Assembly: GCA_037131575.1 (NCBI GenBank)
Contig: JBAXQV010000001.1
Location: 1-47,104 of the forward strand
Length of the DNA: 47,104 bases
Direction of reading: 5' to 3'
Origin: Actinomycetota bacterium
Lineage (GTDB): Bacteria; Actinomycetota; Acidimicrobiia; Acidimicrobiales; Ilumatobacteraceae
The position numbers and the translations under genes are program-made. The notes below the pieces were generated by a model. It searched no databases and was not told the origin of the DNA. It saw only the letters and a list, made by a program, of their open reading frames with translations. This document shows positions 26,712 to 35,410 of the stretch, piece after piece (the stretch's first letter is position 1; every line of letters begins with the position of its first letter).

Positions 26712-27853
26712 TCGGCTTCTGCCTCGACCTCTTGCTGGTCAGCGGTACGCAGCACCACTCGCACCGATACGCGGCGCACACCGTCTTCACGGGTGAGCGA
26801 CTCGATGAGCTGGTCGGTGGCGGCAACGGCGAGTTCCACCTGGCGTTGGGCCAGCGCCGATGTTTCGGTTGCAGTGGGGCTCACGATGGTGTCGATGAGT
26901 TCGACCGTCCGTGCGGCTGCCTCGGTTGCAGGGGTTTGCGAGAACGTCATGATTCGCGAGCCGACGGCGGGAAGCGAGGCCGTGCCGGGTTCGCTGGTGG
27001 CAGTGTCGCCGGTGGCCAGTTCGGTCGTGGCCAGTTCGGTAATGGCCAGTTCGGTCGTGTCGGTGACCGCCTCCGACATGCGTGCGGCCTCAGCGTCGGC
27101 GTCGGCACGGCGCTGCTTGATGGTCGACAACACGCGCGGTGAGGCAGTGAGTGCCTGCAGTTCCTCGATGATGCTCTCCACGCGCAACAGGCTCGGCGAC
27201 GCTTCCACCGCGGGTTGTGCCGGTTCGACGTCGACGATCGGTGTCGCCGACGCACGCGAACCCACGGTATGAGCTGTTGCCCGGTCGACCCGCTCGAATG
27301 TGGCGGGTTGCACCGAGCGGCGCAGTTCATCGGTGAGTTGTTGACGGCGCACTTCCACCGATTCGCGTTGTTCGATGGGAACGTAGGCGTCGATCGCCAT
27401 GTTGGGACTTCCCACCAGGTCGTAGTCGCTCGGCGGCTCGTACCACGATGCCGGTTCCTGGCGCAGTTGCGCCCGGCTCTCGGTGCGTGAGGCAGCACCC
27501 GACATTGCCATGCGCTGGCTGGTGAGCTGGCTGGTGTCGACTGCCGCGTCGTCGAGGCCGAGTCGTGCCCGCGCCTCGTCGCGATCGGCTTCCCACTGGG
27601 CCCGCTCGTCGGTGCCCGACGAGTTGATCAGCCGTTCGAGCGCGTCTTCGATGGTCTCGCTTTCAAGCGTCACCTCCACTTCGATGCCGAGGTCGGCGGC
27701 GAAAAAGCCGCCGATGCCACCGCGGCGGATGCGGTGGGCGGCGATCACCTTCACGCGCGAGCCGAGCGACTGCTCGGCCAGGGCGACGGCATCTTCAAGG
27801 GTGGGGCCGCGGAACTTCATCGTGTCGGAACGGTCAGTTGTTTGCGTACGCAT
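26693..27853 (-). CDS. FlhF N-terminal-domain-like protein lacking an SRP-type GTPase domain
   Basis: 'MKFRGPTLEDAVALAEQSLGSRVKVIAAHRIRRGGIGGFF...IEVEV' resembles the FlhF N-terminal region, and the gene sits directly after flhA. No Walker A/G1-G4 motif anywhere in the 386 aa. ATG 27853 has a GAGGAG SD inside the flhA 3' end. Confidence 0.5.
   Translation of the reverse strand: MRTQTTDRSDTMKFRGPTLEDAVALAEQSLGSRVKVIAAHRIRRGGIGGFFAADLGIEVEVTLESETIEDALERLINSSGTDERAQWEADRDEARARLGLDDAAVDTSQLTSQRMAMSGAASRTESRAQLRQEPASWYEPPSDYDLVGSPNMAIDAYVPIEQRESVEVRRQQLTDELRRSVQPATFERVDRATAHTVGSRASATPIVDVEPAQPAVEASPSLLRVESIIEELQALTASPRVLSTIKQRRADADAEAARMSEAVTDTTELAITELATTELATGDTATSEPGTASLPAVGSRIMTFSQTPATEAAARTVELIDTIVSPTATETSALAQRQVELAVAATDQLIESLTREDGVRRVSVRVVLRTADQQEVEAEAEWEAQA
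27013..27057. repeat. 3 x 15-bp tandem repeat inside the FlhF-like gene
   Basis: TGGCCAGTTCGGT(CG/AA) x3. It encodes (T/I)TELA x3 on the minus strand. Confidence 0.85.
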
Positions 27854-29993
27854 GGCGGTACTCCTCAGGGAAGTCGGTGGTGGTGGTGTTGTCGAGATCG
27901 ATGTTGGCGATGACGTCGATGTTCAGGTGGTCGCCGAGTTCGGCGTACGACACCACCATCACCGACGGCACATTCGGTTTCAGCAGACGGCTCAGGGCCG
28001 GCCGCAGCGGGCCCGAGCACACGAGCACGGGGGTGGTGCCGCGGTGTGCCGACCGGGCAACGAGTTCGTTGAGATCGTTCACCAGCACGTCGGCCTGCTC
28101 GGGGCGAAGTTCGAGCTGCGTCTGGCCGTCCACCAACCGCAGTCCGGCGAGCATGCGATTCTCGGTGGAGGGCACCAGCGTGACCACGGTGAGCGTGCCC
28201 TCCACAGCCTGAGCGGTGGTGATGGCGGGCCCCAACTCCACGCGGGCCGCCTCGACCAGCGCTTCGAGCGTGCGCACCGTACGGGCACGATCGCTGATCG
28301 CTTCGAGAATGCGCACGAGGTCGCGGATGGGGATGCCGTCGTCGAGCAAGGCACCCAGGACACGCTGCACTTCGCCGGTGGTGACGCCGATGGCCACGAG
28401 GTCGTCGACGACCTGTGGGTCGTGGGCGCGTACACCGTCGAGCAGTGCCTTCACATCGCTGCGGCTGAGCAGGCGACCGGCGCGGCGTCGCACCACTTCG
28501 GCCAGATGGGTCACGATGAGCGTCGACCGATCGACCACGGTGTTGCCCATGATCTCGGCCTGCACCTGGAACTCGGCCGGCACCCAGCGGGCGGCGAGAC
28601 CGAACACTGGCTCGCGTACATCGTCACCGGGCAAGCCGTCGAGCACATCGCCGATGGCCAGCACTCGGCCAGCAGGCGCGGTGCCACGGCCCACTTCCAC
28701 GCCATGCACGCGAATCACGTAGGTGCTGGTGGGCAGTTCGCCCGAGTCGCGGGTACGGATCGACGGCATCACGAAACCGAGTTCGGCAGCGATCTTGCGG
28801 CGCAAGGCCGATACGCGGTCGAGCAGGTCGCCGCCGCTGCCGGTGTCGACCAGCGAGATCAGGTCGAAGGCAATGCTCAGCTCGAGTGGTTCCATCCGGT
28901 TGTCGGTGGCCATCTGCTGCGGCGACGGCGGTGCTTGCTCTTCCTCCATCTGAGGCATCGCCACAGGTACATCCAGTTCGTCGTCCTTGGGCAGGCGGTT
29001 CGCCACCATCACCAGGGTGATGCCCACCAGTAGGAACGGAATCTTCGGCATGCCGGGGATGATCGACATCACCAACACCACCACGCCTGCTGCGCGGAGC
29101 GCGGTGCGCTGCCGACGGAACTGGGCGAACACATCGGAACCGAGGTCGGCGCCGCCTGCTGCGCGGGTGACGATGAGGCCAGCCGAGATCGACACCAGCA
29201 GCGCGGGAATCTGCGACACCAAGCCGTCGCCGATGGTGAGCAGCGAGAACTTCTGAATGGCCTCACCCACCGACATGTGCATCTGCACGACACCCATGAG
29301 GAATCCGCCGATGAGGTTCACGGCGGTGATGACGAGGCCGGCGATGGCGTCGCCCTTCACGAACTTCGAGGCACCGTCCATCGCGCCGTAGAAGTCGGCT
29401 TCATCGGCCACTTCCTTACGACGCTTGCGAGCTTCGTCGTCGCCGATCACACCCGCGCTGAGGTCGGCGTCGATGGCCATCTGCTTGCCGGGCATGGCGT
29501 CGAGGGTGAAGCGGGCGGTCACTTCAGCCACGCGGCCCGAACCGTTCGAGATGACGACGAACTGCACGAGCGTGAGGATGAGGAAGATCACGAGGCCCAC
29601 GATGAGGCTGCCACCCACCACGATGGAGCCGAAGGTCTTGATCACATCACCGGCATGTCCGTTGGTGAGCACGGCGCGAGCGGTGGCCACGTTGAGGCCC
29701 AGGCGGAAGAGGGTGACCACCAGCAGCAGCGATGGGAACGAACTGAAGTCGAGGGCCCGCTTCACGTTCATCGACACGAGCAGGATGATGATGGCCGTCG
29801 AGAGGTTGGCGACGATGAGTACGTCGAGCACAGCCGCCGGAAGCGGGAGAATCATGACTGCAACCACCAGCACTACGGCTGCTGGGAGCATGATTTGGCC
29901 CATGCGGCTCCGCTCCACGCGGTCTCCATTCGGTCGGTCGGTTGGTATTTCTCTCGGGCGTCCGAAAGTCACTTGCGCACTTGGCGATGTCAC
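27834..29993 (-). CDS. flhA: Flagellar export gate protein FlhA
   Basis: 719 aa. 'FPSLLLVVTLFRLGLNVATAR', 'FVKGDAIAG' and a large cytoplasmic C-terminal domain, all typical of FlhA/SctV. GTG start 29993 (alternative ATG 29903). Confidence 0.95.
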   Translation of the reverse strand: MTSPSAQVTFGRPREIPTDRPNGDRVERSRMGQIMLPAAVVLVVAVMILPLPAAVLDVLIVANLSTAIIILLVSMNVKRALDFSSFPSLLLVVTLFRLGLNVATARAVLTNGHAGDVIKTFGSIVVGGSLIVGLVIFLILTLVQFVVISNGSGRVAEVTARFTLDAMPGKQMAIDADLSAGVIGDDEARKRRKEVADEADFYGAMDGASKFVKGDAIAGLVITAVNLIGGFLMGVVQMHMSVGEAIQKFSLLTIGDGLVSQIPALLVSISAGLIVTRAAGGADLGSDVFAQFRRQRTALRAAGVVVLVMSIIPGMPKIPFLLVGITLVMVANRLPKDDELDVPVAMPQMEEEQAPPSPQQMATDNRMEPLELSIAFDLISLVDTGSGGDLLDRVSALRRKIAAELGFVMPSIRTRDSGELPTSTYVIRVHGVEVGRGTAPAGRVLAIGDVLDGLPGDDVREPVFGLAARWVPAEFQVQAEIMGNTVVDRSTLIVTHLAEVVRRRAGRLLSRSDVKALLDGVRAHDPQVVDDLVAIGVTTGEVQRVLGALLDDGIPIRDLVRILEAISDRARTVRTLEALVEAARVELGPAITTAQAVEGTLTVVTLVPSTENRMLAGLRLVDGQTQLELRPEQADVLVNDLNELVARSAHRGTTPVLVCSGPLRPALSRLLKPNVPSVMVVSYAELGDHLNIDVIANIDLDNTTTTDFPEEYRHAYANN

Positions 29994-30085
29994 GGACGAT
30001 CACAACTGTTCGCAGCAAGCGTCGATTGTCGTGAAGGTGTCTCTCGATCCACGAGGGCGTTCGGCGCAGCAGACAGGAGGTCACC

Positions 30086-30553
30086 ATGCTGCTAGAAACC
30101 ACAAGATTCGGTGTCGTCGAGGTCGACGAGGCCGAGGTGTACGCGGTGCCGGGAGGTATTCCCGGTTTCCCCGAGATGAAGCGAGTTGCTCTGCTCGGTG
30201 CAGGCAACGTGCCCGGTCATCCGCCGCTCGAGAATCAGCATTCGTTGTACTGGATGCACGATCTCGACGATGAGAACCTGGCATTCATGTGCGTCGTGCC
30301 GTGGGTTGCATTCCCCGAGTACGACTTCGACATCGACGACGAAACCCTCGGTGTCGAGGATCTCGCCGATGTGCGTGTGCTCACCCTTGTGAGCGTGCGT
30401 CGTGAGGACGGTGTGGGGCAACTCACCACCAACCTGCGGGCGCCCATCGTGGTCGACACACGCAAACAGCGGCTCCAGCAGATCATCCTCAACGATTCGC
30501 GTTGGCCCATCCGGGCGCTGGTGACCGTCCTCGTGTCCACCGAGGTGCGGTGA
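30086..30553 (+). CDS. fliW: Flagellar assembly factor FliW
   Basis: '[23 protein letters not shown]...[19 protein letters not shown]...[20 protein letters not shown]' matches the FliW family. SD AGGAGG. Followed by csrA. Confidence 0.9.
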   Translation: MLLETTRFGVVEVDEAEVYAVPGGIPGFPEMKRVALLGAGNVPGHPPLENQHSLYWMHDLDDENLAFMCVVPWVAFPEYDFDIDDETLGVEDLADVRVLTLVSVRREDGVGQLTTNLRAPIVVDTRKQRLQQIILNDSRWPIRALVTVLVSTEVR

Positions 30554-30807
30554 TGTTGGTCTTGGCTCGCCGCGTCGGCGAGAACATCCGTATCGGAGAC
30601 GACATCATCGTGACCGTCCTCGAATTGAGCCGCGACCAGGTGCGCATCGGTATCCGCGCCCCCCGGTCGGTGACCGTGCACCGCGAAGAGGTGTACGAGG
30701 AGATCATGGCTGCCAACCGTGAAGCCGCCGGCCCATCAGCCGACGACTTGGTAGGCGTGGCCGGAGTGATCATGCCGGTCATCGGCGGACTGCCAACTCG
30801 CAAGTAG
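30553..30807 (+). CDS. csrA: Carbon storage regulator CsrA (RNA-binding translational regulator)
   Basis: '[51 protein letters not shown]' is the canonical CsrA fold sequence. The ATG overlaps the fliW stop (TGATG). About 30-aa C-terminal extension. Confidence 0.9.
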   Translation: MLVLARRVGENIRIGDDIIVTVLELSRDQVRIGIRAPRSVTVHREEVYEEIMAANREAAGPSADDLVGVAGVIMPVIGGLPTRK

Positions 30808-30818
30808 TTCGAACTGCC

Positions 30819-30855
30819 AACGCCCCCGCTCGACCTGGTGTCGGGCGGGGGCGTT
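30819..30855. terminator. Strong hairpin between convergent csrA and flhB
   Basis: 16-bp stem AACGCCCCCGCTCGAC/GTCGGGCGGGGGCGTT (one G-U pair) with CTGGT loop. No clear U-tract on either side. Confidence 0.55.
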
Positions 30856-30900
30856 GTCGCGTCTGGGCCCGTCAGGCCAGAAGTGTCGGGGCCAGCGATG

Positions 30901-32049
30901 TCAGGCCGGCAGGCGGCGGCGACGGTTGCCCTGGATCGCGTCGAGCAACGATTGCTCCACGTGATACGTGCGCGGCAGTGGCATCGGCGACGCAGGTACC
31001 AGGGTGCCGCGCAGACGACGCACGAAGGCGAGCACTTTGGCGACCGCTTCGTACAGCACTGCGGGCACTTCATCGCCAACATCGCACGACCGATACAGGG
31101 CACGAGCGAGGGGCTTGGCCTCCACGATCGGTACACCGGCATCGATGGCTCGTTCACGGATCTTTGCTGCCAACGCGCCCACACCGCAGGCGACCACCTT
31201 GGGCGCGCCACCCTGCTGGGGGTCGTACAGCAGTGCCACGGCCACGTGGGTGGGGTTGGTCACCACCACCGATGCGCTTGGCACGGCCGCCATCATGCGG
31301 TTGCGGCTCATCGACATCTGCAATGAGCGGATACGGCCCTTCATCTGCGCGTCACCCTCGGAGTTACGCATTTCATCGCGCACCTCCTGTTTCGTCATCT
31401 TCAGATCGAGGATGGTGTTGCGCCGCTGGTAGGCGTAGTCGACGATCGCCAACACCAGAATGGCCCAGCAGATGGTGCGGGTCATGGCCAGCGATTCGGA
31501 GGCGATGAGCGACAAGCCCGACATGAGGGGTACTCGCCCACGGCTGAGGAGCTGGTTGAACACGGCGGTCATGTGTGGCCACGCCAGCCACGCCACCAGA
31601 CCGCTCTTGGCGAGCTGTTTGGCGAGATCCCACAACGAGTTGGGCGACACCATCTTCTTCAACCCCTTGAGCGGGTTGACGCGGTTGAAGTCGGGTTTGA
31701 GCGGATGGAACGAGACGAGAGCCTTGGTCTGCGCCAGATTCACCAGCAAGCCCATACCTGCGATGGCGATGAGGAAGGGTACGACGGCGAAGATCGCTGC
31801 CTGCATGGCGGTACCGAGCACCTTGGTGGCCTCGCCCGCGGTGGCTTCTCTGCTGAGACTCTTCACCATCGTCATGGTCGAGGTGATGGCCCGGCCCGTA
31901 CTGCTCATCACCCAGGGGATGAGGTAGGTGGCCACCAGCAGCATCAGCCATGGGGCAAGGTCTTGTGAGCGCGTCACGGTGCCCTTCTTGCGCGCGTCCT
32001 TCTTCTTCTTCTGTGTGGGTGCCTCGGTTTTTCCTTCGCGCTTACCCAT
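30901..32049 (-). CDS. flhB: Flagellar export switch protein FlhB
   Basis: 'KTEAPTQKKKKDARKKG' N-terminus, 4 TM, autocleavage motif 'NPTH' ('VVTNPTHVAVAL'). Confidence 0.95.
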   Translation of the reverse strand: MGKREGKTEAPTQKKKKDARKKGTVTRSQDLAPWLMLLVATYLIPWVMSSTGRAITSTMTMVKSLSREATAGEATKVLGTAMQAAIFAVVPFLIAIAGMGLLVNLAQTKALVSFHPLKPDFNRVNPLKGLKKMVSPNSLWDLAKQLAKSGLVAWLAWPHMTAVFNQLLSRGRVPLMSGLSLIASESLAMTRTICWAILVLAIVDYAYQRRNTILDLKMTKQEVRDEMRNSEGDAQMKGRIRSLQMSMSRNRMMAAVPSASVVVTNPTHVAVALLYDPQQGGAPKVVACGVGALAAKIRERAIDAGVPIVEAKPLARALYRSCDVGDEVPAVLYEAVAKVLAFVRRLRGTLVPASPMPLPRTYHVEQSLLDAIQGNRRRRLPA

Positions 32050-32052
32050 GGC

Positions 32053-32814
32053 TCACCCCCTGAACACCGATAACGCGGTGCGGATACCCTGACCCACGAG
32101 CGAATCGACCGATTCGGGCAACATTGCGAACATCGTGGCGAGCAATCCGAAGGCGATGAGCGTCTTCACGGCGAAACCGATGACCATGAGGTTCAGCTGC
32201 GGTGCCGCTTTGCCGAGGAACCCGATGGCGAGTTCAGAACAGAACAGAGCGGCCAGGATGGGTAGCGCGATCTCGATGGCGGCACCAACCAACATGCCCA
32301 CGATCTTGGTGAGGGCCGACGCCAGGGCAGCAGTGTTGATGTGGCCCAACGGGGCTACCTGCACCGAACGGAGAAAGGCGCGCACGATGATCACGTGTCC
32401 GTTGATGGCGAACAGCATCGCCAGACCGAGGAGCTGATGGAAACGTCCGATGGGCGTGGAGTTGTTGCCCGACAGGGGGTCGAGCACCGCACCCATGCTG
32501 AAACCCACCTGGAGGTCGATCAACTCGCCGGCGGTTTGAACCACGCTGAACAGGGCGAAGATCACGAAACCGAGCGCAAAGCCGGCGATCATCTGGGTCA
32601 CCAGCGACACGATGAGGCTTGCGGTGGTGAACGATTGCACCTGGGCGCCCATCTGCTTGGCCAGCAGGAAGGCGATGCCCACGGCGAAGCCACCCCGCAC
32701 GCGTAGGGGGATCGCCGGAGCGTTGAATGGTGGGCAGATCATGGTCCACGCGGTGGCGCGCACCAGGACCAGGCAGAAGCCCACCAACACGGCCGGCTCG
32801 ATCGACACGTTCAC
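32053..32814 (-). CDS. fliR: Flagellar export apparatus protein FliR
   Basis: 253-aa polytopic membrane protein between fliQ and flhB. FliR-like pattern. Confidence 0.9.
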   Translation of the reverse strand: MNVSIEPAVLVGFCLVLVRATAWTMICPPFNAPAIPLRVRGGFAVGIAFLLAKQMGAQVQSFTTASLIVSLVTQMIAGFALGFVIFALFSVVQTAGELIDLQVGFSMGAVLDPLSGNNSTPIGRFHQLLGLAMLFAINGHVIIVRAFLRSVQVAPLGHINTAALASALTKIVGMLVGAAIEIALPILAALFCSELAIGFLGKAAPQLNLMVIGFAVKTLIAFGLLATMFAMLPESVDSLVGQGIRTALSVFRG

Positions 32815-32821
32815 GAAACGA

Positions 32822-33094
32822 TCAGCCGTTCAACAACGACGGAAGGCTGGCCATGAGTTGATGGCCGAAGTTCACCAGTGACTCGAGCATCCAGTTACCG
32901 CTCACGGCGATCACCACAGCGGCGCCGATGAGCTTCGGAACGAATGCGAGCGACTGCTCTTGTACCTGTGTCACCGATTGCAGCAAACCCACGGTCACAC
33001 CGACTGCGAGCACCACGATGAGGAACGGGCCGGCCACCTTCGCGGCCTCGATGAGCGTGGCCGTGGCGATGTCGATCACCTGTTGGCTGGTCAT
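32822..33094 (-). CDS. fliQ: Flagellar export apparatus protein FliQ
   Basis: 90 aa. 'GPFLIVVLAVGVTVGLLQSVTQVQEQSLAFVPKL' is the typical FliQ/SctS hairpin. Confidence 0.9.
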   Translation of the reverse strand: MTSQQVIDIATATLIEAAKVAGPFLIVVLAVGVTVGLLQSVTQVQEQSLAFVPKLIGAAVVIAVSGNWMLESLVNFGHQLMASLPSLLNG

Positions 33095-33102
33095 GGAACC
33101 AC

Positions 33103-34125
33103 CTATCCGTACGACTTGAGCAGAGTGCCGACGACGAGCATCCAGCCGTCGAGCATGATGAACAGGAGCAACTTGAACGGCAACGAGATGAACGATGGTG
33201 GAAGCATCATCATGCCCAGGCCCATCAAGACGGCCGATACCACCAGGTCGATGATGAGGAAGGGAATGAAGATCACGAAGCCGATGATGAAGCCACTTTT
33301 CAGCTCCGAGAGCACGAAGGCCGGCACGAGCGCCACCAACGGCACCTTGTCGCGAGCCACTGGGGTCTTGGTCTTCGACGCATCGAGGAACATCTTCAGC
33401 TCGCCCTGGCGGGTGTGCTTCATGAGGAACTCGCGCAGCGGTACCTGAGCCTTCTCATAGGCCTGTGCTGTGGTGATGTCGCCCTTCATCAAGGGGTCGA
33501 GCGCTTCACTCTTCATCTGCGTGAGGGTGGGGCCCATCACGAACAGGGTGAGAAAGATGCTCAGTCCCACGATCACCTGTTGCGGCGGGGCACTGGGTAG
33601 GCCGAGCGCATTTCGGGTGAGCGACAACACGATCACGATGCGGGTGAACGACGTGCACAACACCAGCAGGCTCGGGGCGATCGAGATCACCGTGAGCAGC
33701 AGGATGATGACAACCGAGTTCGACCCCTTCCCTGAGGTGCCGGGGAGATTCAGGCTCACCGACGCGTTCGTGTCGGAGCTATCCGACGAGCTGCTGTCGG
33801 ACGAGCTACCGCTCTTGGAAGTGCTGCTCGAGCCGACGGGAGAGATCGGTGTGATGGGGTTGATCCCGTTGGGGACGGGTGATTGCACCGTTGGGCTGTT
33901 CGGCGTTGGCGTGAGCGGTGGCGTGGGCGCAGTGGGCCCAGCGGCGGCAGCGCTCGCACCGAACAAGAGAGCACCGGCGATACACGCGCCGACGACGGCC
34001 GCGGTCACCCGCAGCCGGCGACGAGCAACATGATGCACCTGGGCTCGATCACGCACGGCGAACGGTGGCCTCTCGCAGGGTCGCCATGAAGTTGCGCCGC
34101 TCGGCGCTGTCGAAGGATGCGCCAT
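33103..34125 (-). CDS. fliP: Flagellar export apparatus protein FliP with long Pro/Ser-rich N-terminal extension
   Basis: Core 'SLLVLCTSFTRIVIVLSLTRNALG...PPQQVIVGLSIFLTLFVMGP...FIIGFVIFIPFLIIDLVVSAVLMGLGMMMLPP' is canonical FliP. Start uncertain (ATG 34125 overlaps fliO by 77 nt; GTG 34038 lies just after the fliO stop). Confidence 0.9.
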   Translation of the reverse strand: MAHPSTAPSGATSWRPCERPPFAVRDRAQVHHVARRRLRVTAAVVGACIAGALLFGASAAAAGPTAPTPPLTPTPNSPTVQSPVPNGINPITPISPVGSSSTSKSGSSSDSSSSDSSDTNASVSLNLPGTSGKGSNSVVIILLLTVISIAPSLLVLCTSFTRIVIVLSLTRNALGLPSAPPQQVIVGLSIFLTLFVMGPTLTQMKSEALDPLMKGDITTAQAYEKAQVPLREFLMKHTRQGELKMFLDASKTKTPVARDKVPLVALVPAFVLSELKSGFIIGFVIFIPFLIIDLVVSAVLMGLGMMMLPPSFISLPFKLLLFIMLDGWMLVVGTLLKSYG

Positions 34126-34600
34126 CGCTCGCTGCAGTACTGGTGACGAGCGGAATGCGCTCCTCTTCGTCGTCGGTTGCAGCAGTGGCTTCGAACCACG
34201 AGTCGGCCTCGAGTTGGCTGAGCACCGTGGGGGCAGCGTGATCGGATGCCGACAGCAAGAACACCTGCTCGCCGAACTGCACGGCCACCAGTTGGCTGGT
34301 GCGGCCGAGTGCGATGCGACCCACCACGCGCAGGGCGCGCTTCGTGTTCGATGCCTTGGTCGACACCCCGGCCGAACGTGATGAACCCTTGTGCCGTGCC
34401 GCGGTGACGCGGCGGGTACCGGTGGCGCGGCCGGAGCCGGCCGAGAACAAACCGGTCGAGCGTTTGGTGCCCTTCACCGTGCCGCTGCTGAAACCCTGTC
34501 GCTTGCGGATGACCCGGTAGGCGATGAACATGAACGCCAGCACCAGGCTGAGCGAGATGATCATCCTCAGGGCCAGCGAACCAAAGCTGGTTTCGGTCAT
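34049..34600 (-). CDS. fliO: Flagellar biosynthesis protein FliO/FliZ-like
   Basis: Single N-terminal TM 'LALRMIISLSLVLAFMFIAY', then 'LRVVGRIALGRTSQLVAVQFGEQVFLLSASD' (FliO-type block). Position between fliN and fliP. ATGA overlap with the fliN stop. Confidence 0.65.
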   Translation of the reverse strand: MTETSFGSLALRMIISLSLVLAFMFIAYRVIRKRQGFSSGTVKGTKRSTGLFSAGSGRATGTRRVTAARHKGSSRSAGVSTKASNTKRALRVVGRIALGRTSQLVAVQFGEQVFLLSASDHAAPTVLSQLEADSWFEATAATDDEEERIPLVTSTAASDGASFDSAERRNFMATLREATVRRA

Positions 34601-35328
34601 CGGGTCATCTCGTCGGGCGGCGTGATCTCGGTGATGCGAATGCCGAACTCCTCGTCGATGACCACCACTTCGCCCACGGCGATACGGCGACCATTCACGA
34701 GCAGGTCGATCGGTGCTCCGGCCATACGGTCGATCTCGACCACCATGCCCGGAGTGAGGCCGAGTAGGTCGCGCACCGGCATGGTGGTGCGACCCAGTTC
34801 GGCGGTGACCGTCATCATCACTTCGTTCAACACCGTCAACGGCGTCGCTTGGCCATAACCCTGGCCGCGGGTGTCGAGCTGTTGGGGCTCGAAGGTACGT
34901 GTCGACGCACCTGAGGTCTCATCGAGGAAGTCGATGTTCAGGGTGACGCCGGCGAGCGCCGTGAGGCGCAGATCGTCGAGGATTTCGGCGACGGCAGTGG
35001 GCCGGGCGGCCGTGCTGCGGTCGACCGAGGTGCCGTTCACCTCGATGCCGAGTTCGCGACCCAGACCACGCAACGCGAGGCGGAAGGCCTCGACCAACGG
35101 GGCCCGGTCGGCCAACAAACGGTCGGCCACTTCATCGTTCACCGCCAGGATGAGCGAGGCACCCGGCTGCTCGGCGATCGCCATGCGCAGCACGGTGTCG
35201 CTCGGGTCGATCGGCCATTGGTCGGTATCTCGGGTGGTGTCACCCAAGCTCAACTGTTGAGCCAGAACGAGGGCTGCTGCCTCGCAGCCTCGAACCAGTG
35301 CTGCCCTTGCTTGCATCGCGTCGATCAC
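34597..35328 (-). CDS. fliN: Flagellar motor switch protein FliN/FliY-type
   Basis: C-terminal SpoA domain 'LLGLTPGMVVEIDRMAGAPIDLLVNGRRIAVGEVVVIDEEFGIRITEI'. About 150-aa N-terminal extension. GTG start. Confidence 0.85.
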   Translation of the reverse strand: MIDAMQARAALVRGCEAAALVLAQQLSLGDTTRDTDQWPIDPSDTVLRMAIAEQPGASLILAVNDEVADRLLADRAPLVEAFRLALRGLGRELGIEVNGTSVDRSTAARPTAVAEILDDLRLTALAGVTLNIDFLDETSGASTRTFEPQQLDTRGQGYGQATPLTVLNEVMMTVTAELGRTTMPVRDLLGLTPGMVVEIDRMAGAPIDLLVNGRRIAVGEVVVIDEEFGIRITEITPPDEMTR

Positions 35329-35410
35329 ATCAACTCCCTTTTCACCCGCAGGTTGTCGTCGATGGAGGCGACTGTGCCGGGAAATGGGGGTTTGTCAGGA
35401 AGGTTGCGAA

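Noticed and set aside
26693-27853. Calling this gene a bona fide flhF
   Set aside because: No Walker A/GTPase motifs occur anywhere in the ORF. Only the N-terminal ~55 residues and the gene's position resemble FlhF, so it is reported as FlhF-N-like rather than as flhF.
27483-29033. 516-aa ORF antisense to flhA
   Set aside because: The opposite strand is an unambiguous FlhA. The antisense product is a compositionally biased shadow ORF.
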